From Clostridia bacterium (GTDB lineage Bacteria; Bacillota; Clostridia; Oscillospirales; CAG-272): a stretch of 58,498 nt of DNA. How positions within the stretch are numbered: position 1 is the stretch's first letter; every line of letters begins with the position of its first letter. Shown piece by piece: positions 9,196 through 17,751 of this stretch. Location: contig JAFTQX010000019.1 of the NCBI GenBank assembly GCA_017462545.1, positions 1 through 58,498 of the forward strand, read 5' to 3'. Under the pieces are notes generated by a model. It saw only the letters and a list, made by a program, of their open reading frames with translations, made no database searches and had not been told where the DNA came from. The translations under genes were made by a program, and so were the position numbers.

Positions 9196-11484
9196 TTACG
9201 AAAGGCGGATGACCGTCGCCCCCGGCGCGGCCTGCTGCGCCTGCTCGCGCTCTCGCGCGTGGCAGGTAAAGAGCAGGCATTGCTGCCCCTCTTCTGCGAT
9301 TTCGGCCAGTGCGCGGAGTGCGCGGCCAAGGCGGATGTCATCCTGGTGGGCAAAGCTCTCGTCAAAGCAGACGGGGGGCTTTTCCCGATAGAGCAGGTCG
9401 ATCAACGCCATGCGCAGCGAAAGGTAGACAAGGTCCTGCGTGCCGGCAGAAAGCCATTCCGGCGTGCGGGTGCCGCCATCGGTCCCCACGGTCATGGAAA
9501 GATCGCTGCCCACGCCCACGCTTGCATATTTGCCGCCCGTCATATCCGAGAGCAGACGGCAGGCAAAGCCGGAGAGGCGGGGAGAGATCTCCGCACGCAG
9601 ACGCTCACCCGCTCCGGAAAGAGCCTCACAGGCCAGCAGCACAGCGGCATACCTCTCATTTTCGGCAGTCAGCTTGTCCTGCAGGCCGTCTAACGCCGAT
9701 TCGAGCACGGCAGGATCCTCAATACGGCTGCGCATGCTGACAGTCTTGTTTTCCAGCTCGCGCTCACGCTCGGCAAGAATGCGGCATTGCGCGGCGGCAT
9801 ACTCGGCACGGGCGTGCAGCTCCTCGGTCTTCAGCTCCTCCTCGGCGGGCAGCTCGCCCTCCGGCAGGGCTGCGCGCGCGGCTGCCTCATTTGTGCCGCG
9901 CAGACCCGCCCGCAGCGTTTCTACAGCGGCGGCGGCAGCGGCACGATCCTGCTCACGCAGCTTCTTTTTTTCCAGAACCGCGCGTGCGGCCTCGGCCAGC
10001 CGATCCAAAAATTCGGTCGTCTCGCCATTTGGCAAGCGGGTATCAAAGCGACGCACAACGGTATCCAATTCGCCTGCTGCGCGGCGGTATTCCAGCTCTG
10101 CCGTGCGCAGCTTTTCCTCTGCCAGGCGCGCTTCGGCCAAAAGCGTTTGCTCGCTTTGGGCGGCACTGCGCAGCTCGGCCAGCTTTTCAAGCAAAGCCCC
10201 CTGCCCCGCTACGCCGTAGGAGCGGCACAGGGCAAGCTGCTCATTTCTTCGTGCAGCAAACAAGGCAAACGCAAGGGCAGCCGCTGCACACAGCAAGCCC
10301 CCCGGCAGCAGAAGCAGCATTTTCTGTGCGGAAAGCGCAGGCACCAGCAGCCCAAGCAGTAGGGCAAGAATGCCGAGCACCCCACAAGCGATCCCCGAAA
10401 GCAGGCAGGTGCGGCGGCGGCGATCAAGCATGCTGCCATAGGCGGCAATGGCATCTATCCCCCCCTCGCCCTCTGTGCGGCGCAGCAGCGCCGTTGTCTC
10501 GGGAGAGATCGTCTCCTGTTGCTTTTGCTCATAGTCCTCCGTCGCGTCCGCGAGGCGGCGGGCGGCATCCTCGGTTGCGCGGCGGGCGACCGCCAGATCG
10601 GTCAGATCTCTTTCCGAGAGGCGGTGGGAGGGCATGCCGTCCATGCCGATAAGAGCGGCCTCGGCCGCGGCCAGCTTTTCCTCTGCCGCGTGCAGGCGGT
10701 CATAGGAGCGTACCAGCGAAATATTGCGAGAAAGCGTCTCGGCCGCCTTGGCCGTGCGCCCCTCCTCCTCCTTTGTCTGCCGCTCACGGCGAACGGCTAC
10801 CAGCTCGCTCTCGGCAGACAGCAGCGCGGCATTCTGCTCCCGCGCGGTGGCAAGGCGGGTCTCAAGCGCCGCCTTTTTGCTCTCCAGCTCCTGCAAAGCA
10901 CCGCCCGAGCCGCGCTTGTGATGCAGCGCGCGGCGCAGCTCGTCCAGCTTGGAAAGAGCACGGGGGAGATTGGTCTGCTCATCCCCCGAGAAAAGCAGGT
11001 TCTCGATCGCGGAGGTGAGCTTGCTGCCATCCGGCCGCTGCGGGCCGATCTGCCCGATAAAGGCCGTCTGCATAAAAACTGCCTCCGGCACAGAAAGAAA
11101 CCGCTCGCCCGGGCTTTCCCCGTCGGGCGGCAGCAGGGTGTTATTCTCTAAATCCACGATCGTTTCGGTATCACGGTAGGTCTCGCGTGCGCGGGCACCG
11201 GTAGAAACGGTGGTTACACGCTCAATACGGTAGCGTTTTTCACCCACGCGGATGACCATGCTGCCCGCCGCGCGACCACTTTGCCAATCGATGCGCTTTT
11301 TCTTTTCAGCCAGCTCGCTGCCGCGAGCATCGGGAAAACCGTAAAGCATGTAGCGGATAAAGGCAGCCAGCGTGCTTTTTCCCGACTCGTTATCCCCCTC
11401 GATGATGGTAAGCCCCTCACCAAAGGTATAATCCACCCCCGAAAGGCGGCCGAAGCTATCGATACGGATGCTCTCAATGATCAT
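9196..11484 (-). CDS. YhaN-like SMC/Rad50-family ATPase with central TM hairpin
   Basis: Walker A GDNESGKST, long coiled coils, signature LSAGTQD, Walker B CFDESF, LFTCH. Confidence 0.85.
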   Translation of the reverse strand: MIIESIRIDSFGRLSGVDYTFGEGLTIIEGDNESGKSTLAAFIRYMLYGFPDARGSELAEKKKRIDWQSGRAAGSMVIRVGEKRYRIERVTTVSTGARARETYRDTETIVDLENNTLLPPDGESPGERFLSVPEAVFMQTAFIGQIGPQRPDGSKLTSAIENLLFSGDEQTNLPRALSKLDELRRALHHKRGSGGALQELESKKAALETRLATAREQNAALLSAESELVAVRRERQTKEEEGRTAKAAETLSRNISLVRSYDRLHAAEEKLAAAEAALIGMDGMPSHRLSERDLTDLAVARRATEDAARRLADATEDYEQKQQETISPETTALLRRTEGEGGIDAIAAYGSMLDRRRRTCLLSGIACGVLGILALLLGLLVPALSAQKMLLLLPGGLLCAAAALAFALFAARRNEQLALCRSYGVAGQGALLEKLAELRSAAQSEQTLLAEARLAEEKLRTAELEYRRAAGELDTVVRRFDTRLPNGETTEFLDRLAEAARAVLEKKKLREQDRAAAAAAVETLRAGLRGTNEAAARAALPEGELPAEEELKTEELHARAEYAAAQCRILAERERELENKTVSMRSRIEDPAVLESALDGLQDKLTAENERYAAVLLACEALSGAGERLRAEISPRLSGFACRLLSDMTGGKYASVGVGSDLSMTVGTDGGTRTPEWLSAGTQDLVYLSLRMALIDLLYREKPPVCFDESFAHQDDIRLGRALRALAEIAEEGQQCLLFTCHAREREQAQQAAPGATVIRLS

Positions 11485-12212
11485 TTACGCTCTCCCCCGG
11501 CAGGGCCGCCCCCCTCGTTGCCGGAGAGGAAACGGATCGAGCGTTCAACGGCATCCTTGGCATTGTTCCACGGCTCATCCTGATAGCGATAGTCAAACTT
11601 CTTGCAGAACCAGCTGACATCCCCCGAAAGCGTTTCGGCATAGCGCTGCTCCAGCTCCGAGATGGTGGCGTAAAATTCGGCAAATTCCTTTTTGCTCATG
11701 CTTGTCTTGGCCAGCGTCAGCAGGCGGCGGTAATGCGGCAGACAGAAATAGGGCTGCGCTGCCAGCTTGCGGCGAAAGGCGGAATCCTGCCGATAGAGCA
11801 GCAGCACCGTATCAAACATACGGGAGAGATTGGTCTCAATGCGGCCGCAGACATAGCAGCTTTCCTCCAGCTTGCCCAGCTTTTTAATGGCATCATTCCC
11901 CGCGCCCCCGAAGAGAGCGCCAAGTCCCTCTCCCGAGAGGTCGCGCTTGACCTTTTCAAAATGGCTCTCGAGAATGAGGCCGAGGCCGAGGCGATTTTTG
12001 CGCGTAAACATCATGCCGTAGTGGCGATGGCAAAAGCCCAGCTCATTGGTCTTCTGGCGCACGTCAGGCTCCATCATCGAGGCACCGAGGATCAGATCCA
12101 GCTCGTTTTCCTCCAGCCGGTTATAAAGCGCGCACATGGGGCAACCGCAGGCATGATCGGCGGCCGAGGCATCAAACGCCTCGTTGACGGGTATGGTATA
12201 GATCTGTTCCAT
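11481..12212 (-). CDS. DUF6062-like conserved protein (twin Cys/His motifs)
   Basis: CPMC..GFCHRH and CYVC..FCLPH duplicated motifs. Confidence 0.7.
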   Translation of the reverse strand: MEQIYTIPVNEAFDASAADHACGCPMCALYNRLEENELDLILGASMMEPDVRQKTNELGFCHRHYGMMFTRKNRLGLGLILESHFEKVKRDLSGEGLGALFGGAGNDAIKKLGKLEESCYVCGRIETNLSRMFDTVLLLYRQDSAFRRKLAAQPYFCLPHYRRLLTLAKTSMSKKEFAEFYATISELEQRYAETLSGDVSWFCKKFDYRYQDEPWNNAKDAVERSIRFLSGNEGGGPAGGERK

Positions 12213-12245
12213 TTTCGGCTCCTTTCGCGGGTTTTTTCCCGCCTC

Positions 12246-12321
12246 TTGACTTTTTTATCCATCGGATGTATAATATCAATATCTACACTTTCATTATACA
12301 CGGCTTTTCCCGTTTTTGCAA
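12246..12321. promoter_or_regulatory. Face-to-face sigma-A promoters of the divergent genes
   Basis: Plus: TTGACT(12246)-17-TATAAT(12269). Minus: TTGCAA(12321)-17-TATAAT(12298). Confidence 0.6.
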
Positions 12322-12371
12322 GAGTGAAACCGCACCTGGGCGATTTTTCTTTTGCCGGGAAGGAGGCACAT

Positions 12372-13493
12372 ATGAAAATTTTGATTTTGACCATCACCGC
12401 AGGCGAGGGGCATAACGCCACCGCCGCCTCGATCCAAAGCTCACTGCAGGAGCGCGGGCATGATTGCACCGTAGTAGACACCTGGCTGCACATCAGCCGC
12501 AGTCTGTATAACATCGTTTCCAAAGGGTATCTGCTTTCCACCGCGGATTTTAAGCGCACCTATGCTTGGACATACGCGCGGCTTGAAAAGCGCAAGGTCA
12601 ACTCCTACAGCAAATCCTTGACCCGCTCCACCTACAAAATGATCAAGAAAAAGATCGTCTCCTACATCGAGGAATACGATCCGGATGTCATTGTTTACAC
12701 CCATGTGTTTGCCGGCATTTTCCTAGATGTCATTGCCGAAAAAATGCCGCTGCGTGCCCGCACCATCGGTATCGTGACCGATTTTGTCATGCACCCGTTC
12801 TGGGAGGAGGCGCTGCGCACCGATCGTGTGATCATCCCCAACGAGCTGCTGATCCCGGCCGCCGAGCGAAAGGGGCTCACGACCGAGCAGATCACCCCCA
12901 TCGGCATTCCGATTCGCAAGCAATTCTCAAAGACCTGCGACAAGGCTGAGGCACGGCGCGAGCTGGGGCTTGACGAACACAAGCCTACCCTGTTGATGAT
13001 GGGTGGCAGCATGGGCTATGGCGCTCTCTCCGACAATATGCAGGCGCTTGACTCGCTGAAGACGGATATGCAGCTGATCTGCGTTTGCGGCAACAACAAA
13101 AAGGCCAAGGAAGAGATCGATGCCATTGAGTTTACCCATCGCGTGCTGAATTTCGGCTACACCGACAAGATCGGCCTGCTGATGGATGCTGCCGACTGCA
13201 TCGTCACCAAGCCGGGCGGACTGACAACAAGCGAGGCCCTTGCCAAGCGTTTGCCCATGATCATTGCCAACCCCATCCCGGGACACGAGGACAGAAACGC
13301 GGAATTTCTGCGCAATAGCGGCGCTGCCATTATGGCCACCAAAACCGCTCGTCTGACCGACGTGGTCTATCAGCTCTTCTATCACCCCGAGCGGCTGGAG
13401 CAGATGCGCGCCAGCATTGATCTGATCCGCAAGCCAAATGCCGCTGCCGATCTGATCAAGCTGATCGAAGAATTTGATACCCCCAAAAAATAA
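12372..13493 (+). CDS. MGDG synthase/UgtP-like diacylglycerol glycosyltransferase (GT28)
   Basis: SD AGGAGG then ATG at 12372; GEGHNATA, VTDF, GIPIR, TKPGGLTTSEA and PIPGHE motifs. Confidence 0.88.
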   Translation: MKILILTITAGEGHNATAASIQSSLQERGHDCTVVDTWLHISRSLYNIVSKGYLLSTADFKRTYAWTYARLEKRKVNSYSKSLTRSTYKMIKKKIVSYIEEYDPDVIVYTHVFAGIFLDVIAEKMPLRARTIGIVTDFVMHPFWEEALRTDRVIIPNELLIPAAERKGLTTEQITPIGIPIRKQFSKTCDKAEARRELGLDEHKPTLLMMGGSMGYGALSDNMQALDSLKTDMQLICVCGNNKKAKEEIDAIEFTHRVLNFGYTDKIGLLMDAADCIVTKPGGLTTSEALAKRLPMIIANPIPGHEDRNAEFLRNSGAAIMATKTARLTDVVYQLFYHPERLEQMRASIDLIRKPNAAADLIKLIEEFDTPKK

Positions 13494-13500
13494 ATCGGAT

Positions 13501-13530
13501 CGCCCCCTGTACCGCAGGGGGCGTTTTTTT
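13501..13530 (+). terminator. Intrinsic terminator
   Basis: CGCCCCCTG-loop-CAGGGGGCG followed by T7. Confidence 0.8.
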
Positions 13531-13575
13531 GTGCGCGGCATATACTGCTAAAAAACACAACCGGGAGGTCTTTTT

Positions 13576-14199
13576 ATGCTTGTTGTCAAGGAATACAACC
13601 GCGAGCACGCCGTCACCTATGCACGGCGTTGGGCTCTTGACCGTAACCCCTTATATTACAATTACGCCGGCATCGGCGGCAACTGCACCAATTTTGTTTC
13701 CCAATGCGTGTATGCCGGAAGCTGCACCATGAACTACACGCCCGTCTATGGCTGGTACTATCTCTCCCCCGCCGAGCGAACGGCATCCTGGACGGGAGTT
13801 GTATATTTTTACAATTTTCTCACCGGCAACAAGAATGTCGGCCCCTTTGGGCGGGAGGTGACGGCAGCAGAGCTTGAGCCGGGAGATGTGATCCAGCTTG
13901 GGCGAGAGGCAAGCGGCTACTACCACTCGCTGCTGGTGCTGGGACGGCAGGGGGAGGACATTCTGATCGCGGCACAGTCGGACGACGCGCTTGACCGTCT
14001 CCTTTCCACCTATACCTACGACTACGCGCGGTTTTTACATATCGACGGCGTGCGCCTGGAGGTGCCGAGCACCGAGGACTGCTTTCTCTCCCTCCTGAAC
14101 GGTGAGGCCATTCTTCCCAACATTGCCTCTGCCCCGCCCCTGCCGCCCGAGCCGGAGGATATGCCCGCCGCCCCGTCGGAGGAGACGCCTGCCGAGTAA
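13576..14199 (+). CDS. Putative amidase-domain protein (Amidase_6-like)
   Basis: YNREHAVTYARRWA, GGNCTNFVSQC, GDVIQL and YHS motifs. Confidence 0.75.
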   Translation: MLVVKEYNREHAVTYARRWALDRNPLYYNYAGIGGNCTNFVSQCVYAGSCTMNYTPVYGWYYLSPAERTASWTGVVYFYNFLTGNKNVGPFGREVTAAELEPGDVIQLGREASGYYHSLLVLGRQGEDILIAAQSDDALDRLLSTYTYDYARFLHIDGVRLEVPSTEDCFLSLLNGEAILPNIASAPPLPPEPEDMPAAPSEETPAE

Positions 14200-14300
14200 A
14201 GAAACCATCTGCCGAAAATTATTAGATTTTTTTGCGTGTATGCTTGCAATGTGAAAAAATCTGTGTTATAATAATTTCGTATAAGTGAAAAAAGGCGTTT

Positions 14301-15035
14301 TTGGCCGGAAAGGAATGGCAAGAGGTGGAGGATTTTTCGTATATCCGCAACAATCTTGATGCCGTTCTTGCCGAGCTTGCCACCCATGCGCAAAGAGCCG
14401 GGCGGCCTACCCCGCTGCTGGTGGCGGTCACCAAAAGTGCAAAAGACGACGAGGTGCTGGCCCTCGCCGCATGCGGTGTTTCTGCCATGGCGGAAAACCG
14501 CGTGCAGAATTTTTCTGCGCGGCGGGCGCTGCTGCAGGAGCACGGTTTTTGCCCCGCGCTGCATCTCATCGGTTCCTTACAGACCAACAAGGTCAAGTAT
14601 CTTGTCTCCGACGTTTCGCTGATCCAATCGGTCGATTCGCTTCGGCTTGCTGCCGAGATCGAGCGGCAGGGCGCACGCGCCGGGCGATGCATGGACATTC
14701 TTTGCGAGGTCAACAGCGGGCGTGAGGAGCAAAAGGGCGGCCTACTGCCCGAGGAGGTCGTTGCCTTTTGCCGCACGCTTTCCGGCGCGGAGTATCCGCA
14801 TCTTTGCCTGCGCGGGCTGATGACCATGGCTCCCGCATTGGAATGCGAGGAGGCCTATCGCCCCTATTTCCGCGCAACGCGTGAATTGTTTGACGCTTGC
14901 GTAGCGGACGGGCTGTTTGGTGATTCCCCCATTCTTTCGATGGGGATGAGCGACAGCTATCGTGTGGCTGCCGAGGAGGGGGCTACCATGGTGCGCGTAG
15001 GGCGCAGCTTATTCAAAAAGGAAAATGAAAAATAA
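14301..15035 (+). CDS. yggS: PLP homeostasis protein YggS/PROSC
   Basis: LVAVTK, ENRVQ, HLIGSLQTNKVK and LSMGMSDSY motifs; start codon uncertain. Confidence 0.93.
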   Translation: MAGKEWQEVEDFSYIRNNLDAVLAELATHAQRAGRPTPLLVAVTKSAKDDEVLALAACGVSAMAENRVQNFSARRALLQEHGFCPALHLIGSLQTNKVKYLVSDVSLIQSVDSLRLAAEIERQGARAGRCMDILCEVNSGREEQKGGLLPEEVVAFCRTLSGAEYPHLCLRGLMTMAPALECEEAYRPYFRATRELFDACVADGLFGDSPILSMGMSDSYRVAAEEGATMVRVGRSLFKKENEK

Positions 15036-15069
15036 ATTTTAACAAAACTTGTTTAGGGAGGAAGGAAAC

Positions 15070-15492
15070 ATGGCAATTTTCAACAAAAGACCGGTACGCC
15101 CGGAGGAAGAAGACTACGATCGTCGCTACTACGACGAGCAGGATGACGACATGGTTGAGGACACTGAGGCACCTGCCGGCAGCAACATCGGCTTTGGTGG
15201 TGTGAATCTTGGCGGTGGCGGCATCGAGCTGAAGGTCGTTCGCCCCGAGCACTTTGAGGACGTTTCCACCATTGCAGATCATCTGCTCAGCGGCCGCACG
15301 GTCGTTCTGAACCTGGAGGCTACCAACAAGGATGTGGCTCGTCGCTTTATCGATTTTCTCAGCGGCGTTGCTTACTCCATTGACGGTCAGATGAAGCGTG
15401 TTGCCAACAACACCTACATCATCACGCCCAACAATGTCGATGTCACCGACACTGCCCTGCGCGGTGAAAGCGGCGCAGACGACGAGGATTGA
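15070..15492 (+). CDS. sepF: Cell division protein SepF
   Basis: VVLNLE, RRFIDFLSGVAYSIDG and YIITP motifs; follows yggS. Confidence 0.93.
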   Translation: MAIFNKRPVRPEEEDYDRRYYDEQDDDMVEDTEAPAGSNIGFGGVNLGGGGIELKVVRPEHFEDVSTIADHLLSGRTVVLNLEATNKDVARRFIDFLSGVAYSIDGQMKRVANNTYIITPNNVDVTDTALRGESGADDED

Positions 15493-15558
15493 GTCGCAAT
15501 GACAGGGCTGCCCGTGTGATACACGGGCAGCCCTGTCGATTTTACGAGGAGGAGTACC

Positions 15559-15849
15559 TTGGAATTTTTCACGACCCTGTTTGATATTGTGTGCGTGAGC
15601 ATACGCATTCTGCTCTCGGTGCTGGAGTTTGCCTTTTTTGCGCGTGCCATCCTCTCCTTTTTCAATCCGGAGGAGGAGGGCTTTCTTGCTGCCATTCTCT
15701 ACACGGTGACAGAGCCTGTCGTGCTTCCCGTTCGCGCGCTTCTTTCACGCCTGCACTTTGGTGAACATTCTCCCATTGATATGTCCTTCTTTTTTGCGTT
15801 TCTGCTGCTCTCGGTGTTGAGCGTCATGCTCCCCATTATCACCCTATAG
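15559..15849 (+). CDS. yggT: YggT/YlmG membrane protein
   Basis: RAILSFF, TEPVVLPVR and PIDMS motifs. Confidence 0.88.
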   Translation: MEFFTTLFDIVCVSIRILLSVLEFAFFARAILSFFNPEEEGFLAAILYTVTEPVVLPVRALLSRLHFGEHSPIDMSFFFAFLLLSVLSVMLPIITL

Positions 15850-15852
15850 GAG

Positions 15853-16383
15853 ATGCCTATGAACCGATTTCTTTCCTTTCTGCGCGAGCGGTGGCTGCCG
15901 CTTGCCATCATGGCCGCCGCGGTGGTGCTGGATATCATCACCAAGCAGCTGGCCGTGGCCTACCTCAAGCCGATCGACACCTTTCCCATCATTCAAGATG
16001 TGTTTCATCTGACCTACCGCATCAATCCCGGTGCTGCCTGGTCTCTTTTTTCCGCCCCCGACCAACGCTGGATCTTTATGTCGGTCTCTACGGTGGCGAT
16101 TCTCGCCATGCTTGCCTATCTGTTCCTTGTCAAGATCGACAGCAAGCTGATGAAGATCGGCCTTGGCGCGATCATCGGCGGCGGCATCGGCAACATGATC
16201 GACCGCATCTCGCTTGGCTATGTGGTGGATTTTCTGGATGCCCGCATCATCAACTTCCCCGTCTTTAACATAGCCGACTGCTTTGTCACGATCGGTGCCG
16301 GCATGCTGATGCTGGCCCTCATCCTTGACTGGCGACGCGAGGCAAAAGGAGGCGCGCGTGAAGACAACGCTGCAGATAACTGA
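15853..16383 (+). CDS. lspA: Lipoprotein signal peptidase II
   Basis: NPGAAWS, GGGIGNMIDR, VVDF and FPVFNIAD motifs. Confidence 0.96.
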   Translation: MPMNRFLSFLRERWLPLAIMAAAVVLDIITKQLAVAYLKPIDTFPIIQDVFHLTYRINPGAAWSLFSAPDQRWIFMSVSTVAILAMLAYLFLVKIDSKLMKIGLGAIIGGGIGNMIDRISLGYVVDFLDARIINFPVFNIADCFVTIGAGMLMLALILDWRREAKGGAREDNAADN

Positions 16384-17305
16384 AGAACAAAGCGGCACGC
16401 GGCTTGACAGCATTCTGGCGGCGGCGGCGGGCATTTCCCGTTCCGCCGCCGCCAGATTGATCGCAGAGGGGCATGTTACCCTTCGCGGTCGCGCGGCTGA
16501 TAAAAACGACCGCCCCGCGGCGGGAGAGGAGCTGTGCTACGAGCTGCCTGCCCCGCGCGAGGTGGAGACCGAGGCACAGGATATTCCGCTTGCGATCGTG
16601 TATGAGGATGACGATCTGCTGGTCATCAACAAGCCAAGCGGCATGGTGGTGCATCCGGCTGCCGGCAACGAGGACGGCACGCTGGTCAATGCCCTGCTCT
16701 ATCACTGCAAGGACGGGCTTTCCGGCATTAACGGCGAGCTGCGCCCCGGCATAGTGCACCGCATTGATAAGGACACAAGCGGCCTGCTGGCCGTGGCCAA
16801 AAACGATACCGCCCACCGCGCGCTTGCCGCGCAGCTGGAGGATCACTCCATGCGGCGCACCTATTACGCGTTGGTCAACGGCGGCTTTTCGCAGGATGAG
16901 GGAACGGTGGATCTGCCCATCGGCCGCCACCCGCGCGACCGCAAGAAAATGGCCGTTTTGCGGGAGGGCGAGGGGCACAGCCGCCGCGCCATCACGCATT
17001 ATCGCGTGCTGCGCCGCTATGGCAAGATCACCTATCTTTCCCTACAGCTGGAAACAGGACGCACGCACCAGATCCGCGTGCATATGGCGCACCTCGGGCA
17101 CCCGCTACTGGGTGACACGGTATACGGCGGCGGCCATACTCCCTTTGAAAAAAAACACGCCGCCCTCCTTTGCGGGCAATGTCTGCACGCAGGAGAGCTG
17201 GCGTTTGTGCACCCAACGACGAAGGAGGCCATGGTTCACACCTGCCCGCTGCCCGCATCGTTTGAGCGTTTGCTTGCCATTTTAGAGGAAGAGGCAAGCT
17301 GCTAG
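16358..17305 (+). CDS. rluD: RluA-family pseudouridine synthase
   Basis: S4 domain, NKPSGMVVHP, HRIDKDTSG and ETGRTHQIRVH; GTG start after AGGAGG. Confidence 0.9.
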   Translation: MKTTLQITEEQSGTRLDSILAAAAGISRSAAARLIAEGHVTLRGRAADKNDRPAAGEELCYELPAPREVETEAQDIPLAIVYEDDDLLVINKPSGMVVHPAAGNEDGTLVNALLYHCKDGLSGINGELRPGIVHRIDKDTSGLLAVAKNDTAHRALAAQLEDHSMRRTYYALVNGGFSQDEGTVDLPIGRHPRDRKKMAVLREGEGHSRRAITHYRVLRRYGKITYLSLQLETGRTHQIRVHMAHLGHPLLGDTVYGGGHTPFEKKHAALLCGQCLHAGELAFVHPTTKEAMVHTCPLPASFERLLAILEEEASC

Positions 17306-17309
17306 AGGG

Positions 17310-17555
17310 TCAAGAACGGCGATAACCGAGCAGCGTGAGCAGCTCGCCGATCCCGCGCAGACCTCCCAGATCAAGCAGATCGTCAGCCGAGAGATGCTCG
17401 GCGCAGTCCTCACACAAGCTGCGCTCCCCCCGCACATAGCGGCCATCCCCCGGGGCGATCACCTCGTCACAGCATTCACACACGGTGCTTGCCGTTTCTT
17501 TTTCGTAAAAAGGACACCCTTCGTAACAGACGGTGCCCGAACAGGATTCACACAT
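17310..17555 (-). CDS. Small Cys-rich (putative zinc-binding) protein, 81 aa
   Basis: SD GGAG then ATG at 17555; CESC..C...C, CECC and CEDC motifs; own promoter. Confidence 0.65.
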   Translation of the reverse strand: MCESCSGTVCYEGCPFYEKETASTVCECCDEVIAPGDGRYVRGERSLCEDCAEHLSADDLLDLGGLRGIGELLTLLGYRRS

Positions 17556-17685
17556 TTCTTTCTCCAAAAGAAAGCGCCTACGGCGCAGGTGCGGCATTGC
17601 CGCGCTGCTTTCCTGTCAAAAACGGTTGAAATTGATAGCGTTGCGCGGTGAAGTGCGGTATCGCTATTCCGTTTTTTCTGTGACC

Positions 17686-17714
17686 ATTGTAACACACCGC
17701 ATGTGATTTGTCAA
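17686..17714 (-). promoter_or_regulatory. Sigma-A promoter for the Cys-rich gene
   Basis: TTGACA-17 bp-TACAAT with extended TG. Confidence 0.65.
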
Positions 17715-17751
17715 TACATTTTGCGTAATTTTTACGAATTTCGGAGAAACT

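Noticed and set aside
11733-12371. N-terminal extension of the glycosyltransferase in the ORF track
   Set aside because: It overlaps the opposite-strand gene; the promoter and SD support the ATG at 12372.
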